Of a stretch of DNA of 64,000 bases, positions 49,735-62,293 are shown piece after piece (position 1 is the first letter of the stretch; every line of letters starts with the position of its first letter). The DNA comes from Diadema antillarum (Eukaryota). Both the position numbers and the translations under genes were made by a program. The notes beneath the pieces are model-generated. The model saw only the letters and a list, made by a program, of their open reading frames with translations, was not told the origin of the DNA and made no database searches. Where the stretch lies: contig NW_027271016.1 of NCBI RefSeq assembly GCF_040938485.1, forward strand, positions 620,001 to 684,000. The letters are read 5' to 3'.

Positions 49735-52650
49735 CTTCATATTTTCCTTCCCGTGTCTCGAAAGATGAGTGATCTATGGAGTGATGCGGTGATTGACATT
49801 GTCTGGGAACATCAGTCACGTCAAATTTTATTAGCCTTCATCAGGGCTGCCAACATTGGAAACTAGTTGAGAGTGAGACTCCCATAGGCCAATGCTATAA
49901 TTAGGAGTCAAAATGAGTGAGATTAATAGAAATGCATGCAAATGAAATACAGATTTAGAGTGAGAGAGGACCAAAATGAGTGAGTCTCACTCTCAATGAG
50001 TTAGAGCTAGCAGCCCTGCTAAATTCTGTCACGCCTCTCCTCTTTTTGGAGCACGCCATGGTAGTAATCGTCACATGACCTTATTCACTGGTGTAAGACG
50101 AAGCTTTCTTCTTCCGTTCTCTGGTGAAATTTGGCCACCAAAACAGACAAAAAAAATCCTTGAAAGTCTAAATTGCCGCTCCTTCCCTAATGCACAGATT
50201 TTACTGTGTAGGCCTATACACGTGATAATTGTACTGCATTATTGATCCAGTCATACCACTTTCTTGTTAACATAACATACGAAACTGATTTCATAACGTA
50301 ATGTAAGCATACAATCAAAGTCAGTTGCTTTAACCAATGTTTAAATCCAGAACTGCTACCAAGATTTTATGAAGGAAGTGTTCACGTGAGCACAAAACCG
50401 TTTGTGTATTAAGTACTCTCTCATAGACGTTTGGGAGAAACCCTGAAGTTTTAAGTGATACCCTTCCGAATACAGTGCACTCCCGTTATAACAACCACAA
50501 TTGTAACGAAAGTCCGGTTACAACGAAGTAAAAATTCAGGCTGCAACATTATCCGCTCTCTGTTTTCTTTTTCTTTTCTTTTTTGTTCGGTTATAACGAA
50601 ATTTTGATATAACGAAGGAAAAATACCGGTCCCGAGGACTTCGTTATAACGGGAGTCCACTGTACAATATCTTCCTGTTTTAAAGTTCTCGATAAATCTC
50701 TCAAACATTTATACACAATTGATGCTCTTGGATATTGGTCTATCCATAGCTGCAGCAGATTTGACTTCACCAAAAAGAAAGAAAATAAAGAAAGAAAGAA
50801 ACAAACAAACATTGTAACAAATGAATACACGCTATTTAAGATTTAAATGGAAAATCTGTGATTTTTATGTTGCCACTCCTCGAATCTTTTGTAAAAAAAT
50901 GTAGAATTTCACACATGAAATGTTGAATTTACCGTTTAATTTTGTAGCTGAAAATATTGAAAAAAATTGAACACCTTTGGTGTTTATAAATCTAACAAGG
51001 CTTATAAAGGTTGGATGAGCAACACCGTTAAAAGTTTCGATTTACGTTTCATTTTTTAGATTGTAGGAATTTCATCAAATTGGAGATGAAATGAAAATAT
51101 GTGGAGTCTTACGGTTTCGCATGTTATTGGTATTCGTTGCATCCACATTTTGCAAATTAGGAGGTGCAATGTCATCATTATTGTGCGCTCAACTCTCCCC
51201 TTGGTTGTTGAAAACAAATATTGTACAACATCAAAATTTGATCATGGTAGATGATTAAGCAATTGTATCGTTACCCATAAGCCTAGTCGCTATCACTAGT
51301 TTATTTAATTTGAGTTTATGACAACAAGGAAATTCAGTAGAAATGTTAGATTTTGTGTGTTTAATCAAGGAGAGATCTGCAATATCATATTAAGAATTAT
51401 TAATTTTCTGACCTGTTGAAAGTAAGTCTGAAATAAAGAGTAACATTTTGTAAGCACAAAAGTGAAAATTTGATCAGAATGAATGAAATTTTGGGGATTA
51501 AGATATGAAATTATTAAGTTTCGCTAATTCTAACAAAAAACGTTCTCGAACAGATGATATACGCAAACAAGTGAGCTGATGATGTCATCACATCGCAATT
51601 TTCATTTGACCTAGTACTAAAAATAAACTGACAAAATTTCATTTTTTCTGCTACCCAAACAGGCCTATATAATACGAGAATTTACTACCAAACTATGAGA
51701 AGATTCAGCGAGTACCCTTTATGTTTGTGTGTATGTATTATCTCTAAGTGTAATGCCTGTTCGTGTGCGACTGTGTATATATTCACTATACTGTTTCTAC
51801 TACATCCGTGCAGAGAAAATGCACTGCCCCTCGCTACCAAACACGCGTGGTCTTGAGTTATTCGGTACTTGACATTGTCTGGAAACATCAGTCACTTCAA
51901 GTGACACAATTGTGTGGAGACTATAGGTCGTAGTGAGAAATGAATGCTTTATATTTTCCTCCCGTCGCTACAAAATATGAATGATCTATATATCTAGAGT
52001 GATTTGTTACTTGACATTGTCTTGGAACATCAGTCACTTCAAGTTATTTACATTCTGTCACGCCTCTCCACATTTAGAGCACGCCATCTATCCGACATCG
52101 TCAAATGACCATATCCACTGGTGTATAGGAAGCTTTTTCTATTCTGTTCTCTAGTGGATTTTAGCAGAAAAAATATAAAGAAATAATTTAATTATAAATA
52201 GATAGATAAAAAAAAATCCTCTGAAGTCTAAAATGATCTTCCTGCTCCACTCCATCTCTGATGCAACGATGTAACTGTGGGCATAATTGTGTTTCATTAT
52301 TGGTCATGCCATTTTCATGTTTACATGAAAGGCGAAACTGATTCTATTACGTGATGCAAAGATGGAATTCAGTCAAGTGGTTTTAACGACTGTTTAATCT
52401 AAAACTGCTCCCAGAGTTCAGGAAGTCATTGTTTAAGCGAGCACAAAACAAATTGCGTACATGTACCACACATTCTCTCACACGTAGGGTAATGATCCAG
52501 TTCGAGGGAAAATCCGAGGTTTTACACAATATACTTCCAAATGTAGGCCTAATATCTTCTTCTTTACAGTTCTTGAGAAATCTCTCAAACATTTATACGC
52601 CCTCGATGCTCTGGATAATTGATCTTTGCAGCTGCTAGAGATTTCACTTT
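49735..52650 (+). repeat. Two further diverged copies of the array flank block (about 49735-50800 and 51950-52650), with no gene attached
   Basis: Shared TTGACATTGTCT.GGAACATCAGTCAC...CTGTCACGCCTCTCC...GAGCACGCCAT...GAAACTGATT...AAATCTCTCAAACATTTATAC, homologous to 23440-24050. Confidence 0.65.
50473..50662. mobile_element. 190-bp pogo/Tigger-type (Tc1/mariner) MITE
   Basis: TIR CAGTGCACTCCCGTTATAAC (19/20); TA at 50471-50472 and 50663-50664. Confidence 0.85.
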
Positions 52651-54502
52651 ACAAAGAAACAACAACAGCAAACAACGAAAGAGTATTAACAAGCAGAATT
52701 GTGGGAATTTCATCAAAATCGGAGATGAAACGAGAAAGTCGGGAATCTTGAAGTTTCACACGTTTTGGTGAATCGTTGCAACCACACTAATTGGAATAAT
52801 TGATGTGACGTCATCCGCGCACAACTCTTCCATTGCATGGTTGTCACTGGACAAAAATAGAGCACACAATTATCATGGTAGATTGTTTATTAAGCAAATA
52901 GGCCTACAGTGTTGCCCATAAACACTGTCGCCATGATACAGTTTCTTTATTTCGAATTAATGTCAACGAGGGAATGCAGTCGAAATTTGTTTGCTATAGT
53001 CAATGAGAGACTTGCGAGATTAAAGGAGAATGCCTTGACCGTTTAAGTTCGCTTGAAATGAAAGAGTAAAATCTTGTTAGCACAACAAAGTGAAAATTTG
53101 ATCAATATCAGATTTTTTTTCTGCTATAAAAGTGTAAAATTATGTTGTTCCTGGCTGAATAACTACAAAATTATGATCATTCAGAGAGGATTAGAGACTG
53201 GGGTAGTATTGTGTTTGGTCAAGAATGGCGGATTCAGGGGGGGGGGGCACCCCGGTGGCCCCCTTTAGTTTTTGGTATCAGAAAATTGCGCTGAAGCCTT
53301 TTTTTAAACAGTGAAACCCGGAGGTGGCACGAGAAACGAAAAACGAAAAAGTTTGAGGGTAATCGGATAATCTATTTCAACGTTAAGATTTTTTTGACGT
53401 TTCAATGCCGCCACCGCTAGATGAGAAGACTACAACAGTTTGTGACATCACTGCAGGAGAATGATATAAAGAAGAGATGAAGAGAATTCCGCAATTTTTT
53501 TTTAATCTTTGAATGCAAAAGTACACATTCCCTTGACTTGCATTGACACAGTCATGTTAAGGGTTATATTGCCACTCCCTGCTTTCTCATAGAAGGAAGT
53601 CAAATGCTCTTTCATTGTGGTAGAAATATGAAAATATTTTAATTATATTTGTTTTTTGTCCATAACGTTATACTGCAGTGATTTCACAAACTCTTGCAGT
53701 CTTCTCATCCAGCGATGAACTGAAACTTTAGAAAAAAATGACTATTGAACGTATAGTGCGATTTTCCTCAAACTTTCACTGATGTGCTCTACTGATGTTG
53801 CTGCATTCACTCATCAGTTCACATTATACATTGTATTATATTTGCGTTAACTGTCCTGAAAGAGATTGCTTTCTGTGGGTTATACTCTAAGGAAGCACAA
53901 TCGAGATCCCATGGCTTTGCGACATGAGCAGCATACCCGCATAAAGCTATCAGGCTTTTGAATGTCAGAATTTGATATGCCAGCAGTAAATGCAATATGT
54001 TTGTACTGAACGTAATGTTCATTGCCTTTTATTTTTGACGCACTGTAAGTCTGATAAATTACCTCTGGTATTTTGACTCGCATTTGATCGCTCATCAGTC
54101 GCTTGAAAAATGCTCTCGTATACAGCACTTCCGATCACAAGTACAGACTGACATGGCACGTCACAACATTGCTGAAAACGAAACCCCAACTTTGATACGC
54201 TAGAGACGGCATGTCTTCAGGTTAACCTGCCCGATTCTCGAATCTCATTGGTCAACTTGATATAGAAAAGTCCAACCCCCTTTTTGGCGGACTGGTGCAA
54301 GGTTCGGCAACTGGATGCGACATCCTGACAAAGCAAGATCGGCAAGACCTCAAGACCTTGGTTTAAGTAATTACTTCTTATTCATTTCGCGACAGCATAT
54401 GAAGAGTAAAGTCTTCACATGGATCCCATTATACTAAAATACATTGAAAGAGAGCTGGTGATTGTAGGGATCCCGCGAGAAACTGCATAGTACGAGAAGA
54501 AG

Positions 54503-56824
54503 ATGAATATCAGGATTTCTGTGGGAAGTGTCCTTGCGCTATCTACACTCACAATTGTTTGTGACGGACTCTTGACTCTTGGGTGTGGCAGCCATCCTAC
54601 CCAGAAGAATGCATCGGCAACCAAGGCGCAGGATTTGCTCTACTGCACTTGTACGCTGTCTAGGAATATGCAGCCTACAGAAATTTTGTTCTTCTCGACT
54701 GCAAATGGAGAAGAAATCGCAAATTGTACAGTCAGTCTCTGTTGCAAGATGAGTAAGTGCACAATAAGGAAAAACACTACCTCGTTGGCTTCCCTTTATG
54801 TTTCTCCGGATGAATTATCTGATACATCACATACAGCCTACATTACGTGTTCCCTTTTGGGCGGTAAGGGGACACGTTCTGAGACTGTGTCTGCTCCTGC
54901 ATCGGGGTCGAGTCAGGACAGACCGGTATGCACCGCGGTGTCGACCAACCACACCGGGGTCACTACATCGTGCCAATCGATGTGGATTGAAAACAGGACA
55001 ACCGAATCTTCGGCAGACGTTAGTCTCTTTGGCGTGTATAATGTGACTGCCAGGTACGAAACAAATTTGATGAATCCCAGAAGCTTGATGACCCGTCTGC
55101 CGATAGAGGAGGCTACGGATACTACCTGCTGGTGTGCCGTCTCTGTTTCGGAGCTGGAGCGGCAGTGTAACCTAAATTTGTCTCTATCTCTTGCAACGGA
55201 ACATTCCATTCCATGTGGTACTCGGAAAAACAAAAAGGCAACTTGTGAGATTCGCAACCAACAGGACGTCTCATATGGCTATTATGACAGACAAGAAAGA
55301 GTATTTGATGAGAATGTTATTCACTGCACGTGGAAATCCTGCGATGTGGACAATGCGACTGAAGAGAGCAAGGTCATTGTCAAGCAAAAGTGCATGAAAT
55401 GCTCATTGTATGAGGATATCGCACGTCTCACTGAAGATGGATTTCTTATCAATCAGACTCCGTTTAATTTATCAAACAAGTCTCATTCAAGTGAGAAAGA
55501 AGCACATTTCTCTGTATCAACAATGCAGGGAGTTGAGACAAATGAGTTATCTCCACATGATGAAACCAGTTTTACGACGTCACATTTTGAGCATCCGTCA
55601 GCGGAGGAAATTATGCCGACTGAATTGTTGTTCAGGTTGATGTCAGCGACCGCCCTGGCGTTGAGCATTTGCGCTTGCCTTTACGTTTGCCAAATTCGAA
55701 GGCGGCGAGTTTATTGCCCGATACCAATCGCCCGAAGCACCAATGACGGAGCAGCGATGAGGCCTCTAGACCGAGCGACGGCTAACATGGCTGAGCTGAC
55801 GACAACTTCTGGATACTCGAGAGGGAACGGTGAGGGGCTGGATGGTCAAGGAGCCTCCAGCCGAAGCCACATTGTCGCAATGGCACAAAGAAACGATGCG
55901 GGCTCACCTCTAGCTCAACCGAGCATATTAACACTCTCATCTAGTGTGCGGAATACAGGATGCACCCATTGTCGCGATGACAGCAAACGCGGCGGGGTGA
56001 CAACAGAGATGCAAATGATGGAAGAAGTGGATGATAAAAATGGAGCAAGGGTGATTCTCCCTCCGCCTCCACGCCATAACATCGCTTCTCGTGAATGGGA
56101 AGATGTGTACAACATGGTAGACGACTTTGCAGCTCCCTGCACTGTTGATGATGAAGGCTATGCATCCGCTGCAGTTCCCTTGGGTGCATTACCAGCAGCT
56201 TGCCACCAGCCTGTCAATTCAGAGCAGATTGATCCAGATGCAATTATATACAATACTGTTGGTGACCCGGAAAATGACGTCTTTTTTAAGCAAGACGAGT
56301 GTTTCAGCATCCCCTGTAATAACTCCTTTTCTCAAGACAACCAAAGTCTTGGTGTCAAAAGTTTGCTCGAAAAGTCTCGAGAGGAACGAACATCTTCAGC
56401 AAAGAACTCCTCCGCAAACGAGAATGATTTGTGTGCGATGTCGGTCGAGGCAGAGGCGACGCAAAGTAGCGACGAACCCCCGTCCAATCAGGCCATCTCA
56501 TCTACCATAGTGGAAAGCAGTCGATCATCGAGGTCAATCCTACTGGGAGACCATTCGTGTCACCAGAATTGCCATGACTATGAAGTGCTCTGCGATACTG
56601 ACTATGAGGATAGGGTCGTGCCGCAAGTTGATTCCCTGTATTCCTCCATCAGCAACACGACCACGGAGCACGCCGCGCCCGCTACGAGCGGACGCGACAC
56701 AGCAGCCGACTACGACATGCTGCAAAGACCCACATGCGAGGAGCAACTTGGCTCGGACCAGGCTGAAACAGTCAACTGTATTTCATATCAGCAACGAGCG
56801 AAGCTTCCCAAGAAATGCAAATGA
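54503..56824 (+). CDS. Intronless 773-aa orphan type I transmembrane protein: Cys-rich (possibly Ig-like) ectodomain, Tyr-motif-rich tail
   Basis: 2.3-kb uninterrupted ORF in AT-rich DNA. Hydrophobic N-terminus (ISVGSVLALSTLTIVC), about 20 Cys and 11 N-x-S/T sequons before a single hydrophobic segment (LLFRLMSATALALSICACLYVCQI, about aa 375-398) followed by RRRR. Confidence 0.8.
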   Translation: MNIRISVGSVLALSTLTIVCDGLLTLGCGSHPTQKNASATKAQDLLYCTCTLSRNMQPTEILFFSTANGEEIANCTVSLCCKMSKCTIRKNTTSLASLYVSPDELSDTSHTAYITCSLLGGKGTRSETVSAPASGSSQDRPVCTAVSTNHTGVTTSCQSMWIENRTTESSADVSLFGVYNVTARYETNLMNPRSLMTRLPIEEATDTTCWCAVSVSELERQCNLNLSLSLATEHSIPCGTRKNKKATCEIRNQQDVSYGYYDRQERVFDENVIHCTWKSCDVDNATEESKVIVKQKCMKCSLYEDIARLTEDGFLINQTPFNLSNKSHSSEKEAHFSVSTMQGVETNELSPHDETSFTTSHFEHPSAEEIMPTELLFRLMSATALALSICACLYVCQIRRRRVYCPIPIARSTNDGAAMRPLDRATANMAELTTTSGYSRGNGEGLDGQGASSRSHIVAMAQRNDAGSPLAQPSILTLSSSVRNTGCTHCRDDSKRGGVTTEMQMMEEVDDKNGARVILPPPPRHNIASREWEDVYNMVDDFAAPCTVDDEGYASAAVPLGALPAACHQPVNSEQIDPDAIIYNTVGDPENDVFFKQDECFSIPCNNSFSQDNQSLGVKSLLEKSREERTSSAKNSSANENDLCAMSVEAEATQSSDEPPSNQAISSTIVESSRSSRSILLGDHSCHQNCHDYEVLCDTDYEDRVVPQVDSLYSSISNTTTEHAAPATSGRDTAADYDMLQRPTCEEQLGSDQAETVNCISYQQRAKLPKKCK

Positions 56825-58936
56825 AACTTTTTCAAGCAGCTGATTACAATGAATGTTCCACACTGGATGAGATTTAAATCAAAGGCGTTGAAAGATGATT
56901 TAGCTCATTGTAGCAACTGATAATAATGATCAGTTAGAACACTGCATATCATAGAAATGTTTAAAGGGACATTCCACACGATTTTCATAATTTCACATCA
57001 TGTTGTACATAAAACAACTTATCCATGTAAGGATTTGTACAATTTATTGTGGTCCTTGAGCCGAGAAATCAATACTCTGAATGATCTAGAACAAATTCCA
57101 CTGAACAGTGTTGATGGCATAGAGCCTCACATATTTTAGAAATGTAGCAGTGTAATTCCATGACAATGCCGCTTGCTTAACAAGTTCACCTGTGTGGAAT
57201 CTATGCATGCCTTCTTCTTTTGTTCTGTTTCCTTTCACCATTCTTGATCATTGCATTTTGTTATAAATTTTGAAGACCTTCTTATTCCTTTTCCAAATTA
57301 CTTTAAATTCTGAAACTCTGTATTCAGTCTAACTAATTTATAGTTGCTCAAATGTAAAAGTCTGAAAATCATCCGGACGTCTCCTTTGATTATTCGATTG
57401 CACGCAAGATGAAATGGAAATTAAATCCTCCGTGTTGTACTTATTTGTAATTATGATATTAATAAATGTGTGCATACGGACATCTTGAATTTTGCGTGCA
57501 TGTGATATGAGACTTTCACAAAAAGTTAACCAAAGTAATTAAAAGTTAGTTAATAGTGACAATAATGCCATCAGTGTAAGGTCGCCCGCAAATCCTATAT
57601 ACATGATCACAATGCACCGTATTATTGTACATAGTTGCAATAGGGACATTCTGTGAGAAAAGCGGATTTTATGTTCCTGGTTAAAACTGCGACCACCCTC
57701 TGCAATCCGCAAAGTGGCACGAGTTTCGTTTGATGGATACTCGCATCTTCAACGAAATGAGAGAGGATTTTCTTCGAAAAGTCACTTTGTGCAAAGTATC
57801 AACTTAACGCTGTCGATCAGAAACGCGGAAGTACGTGTGCAACTGCGTGAAGTAAAAACTTAATTATTACACACTAAGTAGCAAGTTTGCTTCTAGAGAC
57901 CTGGAAATAGCTAAAAAGAGAAGAAGATTTATATTTTTTGTAATCTTCTGTAATGGTTTCTCTGCAATGCATGGTATTACTTTATAATTACATCAATTTT
58001 CAGCAATTTCATTGACGTTATATATACAAACATTGTATTTCACAGTGTGATTATTTTGTACAATTTCAATCATTTTTCGTGACATGTATGCATCAGTAAA
58101 CGCATGCGTTAAATCGTAAATTTCATACAAAACGATCAACAAGAATAAGCATAAAGCTTGACTGTTTGGCAACCGATAATGCACATGAAGGATTTTGAAG
58201 AGATAGCGCGCAATGCTATAAAGTTTGCAGTATAGCAGTAGAACAGTAGAATGGTAATATCATTCTTAAAAACAAATTTATACACTGACCTCACCCTATT
58301 ATGTATATTTACAACGTCTGCTTTTGCAATTTATGTGTTTCAATTCGTTCGAAATCAAAGTTTCTATGATTAGAGTGGCTGATTAAAAAGGTGATTGTAT
58401 AATTGAAATGTAGCGATATCTTGTCATCATAAGGCACGTTTATGAAAGGTTATGTAGGACACGTTCATACTCGTGAGACCGCTAGGTGGGAAAGGAGGCA
58501 AAATGTCATTACGAAAATAACAGTCATTACTAAAAGGAGTATATTATATATTTTGAGGGAAAATGCCAAAGTTCGTTAGCCCATTTCGTTTACATACACA
58601 CACACACGCACAGACACACACACACACACACATACCCTCTCTCTTTCTCTCTGTGTATACAAATCACAATTTATATATACATTGTGTATGTATATCGCCT
58701 TAAGATGTGCAAGCCTGTTTTGGATCGGAACTGATACCGCATGTACCATCCGACCAATAATCGAATCGTTAAAGTCATTTCAATGACTTCATTTTACAAG
58801 TGGTCAAGGTGGAGTCAAGGGGGAAACCGAAACGAATTATAGAGCTTAAGGGCAGCCAGCACACATTACGGCCCTGTGGCGTGTCATATTAATAATAAGA
58901 TTGATGATGGGGCATCAATAATTATGGAACTCTTAA

Positions 58937-59304
58937 AGGGGATGGCTAGTAATTGATCAGTGGGAATCAGTGGGAATGCTGGGGGCTGATTGTTCCAATC
59001 CTTGTGGGATTCATTTAAGAGTACATTATGTATCTATTGTTCTGTGAAAATTATTTGTTTCAGAATGGTTTCATATTCAAGTAATGTGCAGTTTAATGTT
59101 TCCAGGTTAGCATGCCTGTACAGTGACGGGGCAATGAAACTGCACTGAGACCATTCTGAAGCAAAAAAAAAAAAAAAAAAACACACAAAAAAAAAACAGA
59201 ACAACAGATACATAATGTACTCTTAAATGAATCCCACAAGGATTGGAGCAATCATCCCCCAGCATTCCCATTGATTCCCACTGATCAGTTACCCGCCATC
59301 TCCT
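58937..59304. mobile_element. 368-bp Kolobok-like MITE forming a long hairpin
   Basis: TTAA at 58933-58936 and 59305-59308; arms of about 135-160 bp are inverted (TGATCAGTGGGAATCA...TTGTGGGATTCATTTAAGAGTACATTATGTATCT). Confidence 0.88.
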
Positions 59305-61692
59305 TTAAAGACAACGATATAATCAATGTGGTCCTATATACTGGACTTATAATTTGACACCTCTTAAGCGCAATCATTTCTCCTCTATAGATCTCAAGAA
59401 GGCCTCAGTATTATCATCGCAGCACGACCAGGTACCTATTAATACACCTTGCTCTACAGAATAACTTGGATAAACTATTCCATCTCATCTAAACCTTAAC
59501 TCCTAACCGTTAAAGTGGAAAACCATCACAAAAAAAAACTCTAAGAGAAAGAGGAAAAAACCTACAAGAACTTTCAAAAAATGACAAAAATCGGATACGA
59601 AATAAGGAAGAGTATATGACCATTTGAAATTTCACATTTTTTCGGAAAATATTTCAACGTATCATGTCCTTATGAATAATAAAAGGACAGTGAATGAGCT
59701 AATTGTTAATGTTGCGCCATGACAATTTTTTATGTATATTATATTATATGAAAAATATAAACACTGAATCTGTTCATATTCCATAGGTGTAACTTTCGTT
59801 ACAGAGAAATGAGAAATACCATCAACATGCATCCGAATGCATTACTGGTACGTTTTGTTTTTAAGGTGGAAATCGTTATATTTCAATATAACGATTCTCA
59901 GTTCTATATTTCATAAAGGCTCTATTCCTTTAACTGCGCGCACTCGAGTACAACAACAAAAACATCATAGTTAGATTAATATTGCTTCATCAGTGCAAAA
60001 AATAAAGCACGTCATCTCAAGCATAGTTGACGAACAGAAGCAACACATAAGATTCACTCTAACTTACTCTCTAGCGAAACGTTATACCAATATCTCTATA
60101 AAGTTAAACTTTAAATTTTTTTACATACATTGTTATATAGGACTAATCATAAGGATATACATACCATACCATACCATACCATACCATGTAAGCCCGCAAA
60201 TCATCTGAGAAATTTGATAATCTGAGAATAAATCCATAATTGCCGCATCCTTGATGGTAATATGATATCAGGGCTGATTTCACTCTCGTTTTTGCTTCCC
60301 ATGCTCTGAAGAGTGCAGAACGAAATTAAGTTCAGTGCGTGGGTGTATGGGTGGGGTGCATACCCCCTCCCCCCCCCCCCTCCCCGCTCTTTATGGATAA
60401 GGAGGATGGCCTGAAGTCCCCCCCCCCCCCCCCCCCCCTCATTTTTGAAAATGTGGCGCCGGCCATGCAATGCAATATACCTGCTAAGACGCGCGCCACT
60501 CGGGACCATCTACAAATTACCTACGAAAACAAAACAAAACAAACAAAACTGGCAGAATCTAACCCTCTTCCTGTCCCCCATACCCAGAATCATTGAGCAA
60601 ACGGTTATTTTAACTCAGTCAAGGATATATCTGGGGGCACAAAGGGATGATCAGGGGCAGTTACCGACTCCACATGAAAATGTTTTGAGCAAATCTATCT
60701 CCACCCCCTCCCCCTCCCCAATCATGTAATTCCGAGTTGAGGAAAAATGTCGAGCTTTTTTTTTTTCGTGGAAAATTGTCTAAATAGAAAAGCTCCGTCC
60801 CTCGGCCCCTTTCCATAGACTTTGTACACTTTTGAAAGAGACAAATTTCCGAATATTTGATCAAAAGTGTGCACCAGGATTTTCACTTACCACCGCTTAC
60901 AAAGTACAAAAGTTCCCCCAAGTAGGAGGGTGGCATCCCATTCCATTGGTCCATTCTGCCTCTCAGTTCCCATATCATGCTTGCATACATATAGTTCACT
61001 TTGATTGACAATTTTGCATATTATATTCGATCAAAAATGCGTATGAAAATGTTAAAAATCTCCCTCGCGTTGTAGGGGTTATGATAGCAAGTCTTGCTGG
61101 AATGGCAACTTCCAATAGCAACAACCAATCAAGAAGCTGGACTCTTGTCATCACCGTGACGACTGCCATAATTATCAACTTTTTTATGAAATGGGACCCA
61201 GACCTTTGAATTTCAAGTCTGAAGATGCCAAATTTTAAATCTCCATCGTGCAGGAGGGTGATATCTTCCAAGTATTGCCCCCTTTTGTTTAATACATTAG
61301 GATATAATATCTATATTATCGTTTTATTTATTCCATTTCATTTTAATTTCTGTAGTACACATCGATCACATGTGCGCATCATGGGGTTGTACTCATGATA
61401 GTATGTGATGACTATCACCAAGTAGAAATATAACTGAAGGTGATTAATACCCCCGCCCCTAGTGTTGCTTTATAGAATATGATGTCATGAGGGCAATGAC
61501 GTTAATACTAAGTTTGTGCACTTGTCAAATTGAAAACAGAATAATTTTAGTTTACTGTACATTTACAAAGTTGACACTGAGTATAAAACTTACAGCATAT
61601 GGAAACATGCATTGGCCAACGTGATTGCATTTAATGTCCTTGCCGAAGACACTGTGAGCCCGGCATGATTTTTTTTTTTCTTATATGATGGC

Positions 61693-62159
61693 TTTTATGT
61701 TTTTATGTGTGTGACTGTGAGGATGAAGTCGGACTCTAAGACTCAGTGAGAAAATGAAGGAGGCATGACTGCTTTGCTCTGGAGTCAAAACGCAAGTGTG
61801 CTTTATTCATTGTTCTCCAGTATATCAATCCAACACATGTACATTTGATGTATCACTGTACACTATATCTACAAAACATGACCCGGTGACTTTCCGGTGT
61901 TGTTTACAATATATTGCTGATATGGTGTGATGAGGTGATGATGAATGACGGGGAGAGCGGAAAGGAAGTAGGAACAGAAAGTAGCTGTCGGCGTATCAAA
62001 GATCATGAAGAGAGAAAGAAACCAGAGAACGATAAGAACTTAACAGTGGACAAGTGTGGTGGAAGGGTGGCGGTGAGATGGCTGATTATGGAATGAATGA
62101 AACATGCTGTTTACTGCTACACCATAGATAGTCACAATATGTCTCGTGCAGACACAATA
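61693..62159 (-). repeat. 3' LTR (467 bp)
   Basis: Identical by eye to 63455-63915 except for a 6-bp indel at 61715-61720. Confidence 0.92.
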
Positions 62160-62173
62160 TCCCTTCCCTTCTT
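62160..62173 (-). promoter_or_regulatory. Polypurine tract
   Basis: Minus strand AAGAAGGGAAGGGA directly abuts the 3' LTR. Confidence 0.85.
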
Positions 62174-62293
62174 GGAAAAGAAACACATCACTAATGTAGT
62201 CTGTGAGTGAAAGGATAGCCAAGAGTTAAGGAAGAGCAATAGACATAGGAATATACGGAATATAGTTACGAGTGATTTTCAAGCAAAATACGG

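Noticed and set aside
49842-50018. hAT-like MITE with CAGGGCTGC ends
   Set aside because: TIR is only 9 bp and no TSD could be matched, so boundaries and class are unsupported.
54174-54184. IRF-like GAAAACGAAAC upstream of the orphan receptor (also GAAACCGAAAC at 58823)
   Set aside because: A rough estimate gives about one such match by chance in 64 kb of AT-rich DNA on both strands; not evidence without conservation or accessibility data.
60996-61271. 91-aa hydrophobic minus-strand ORF
   Set aside because: Overlaps MITE-like sequence (GGGTCCCATTTCATAAA); no splice or homology support.
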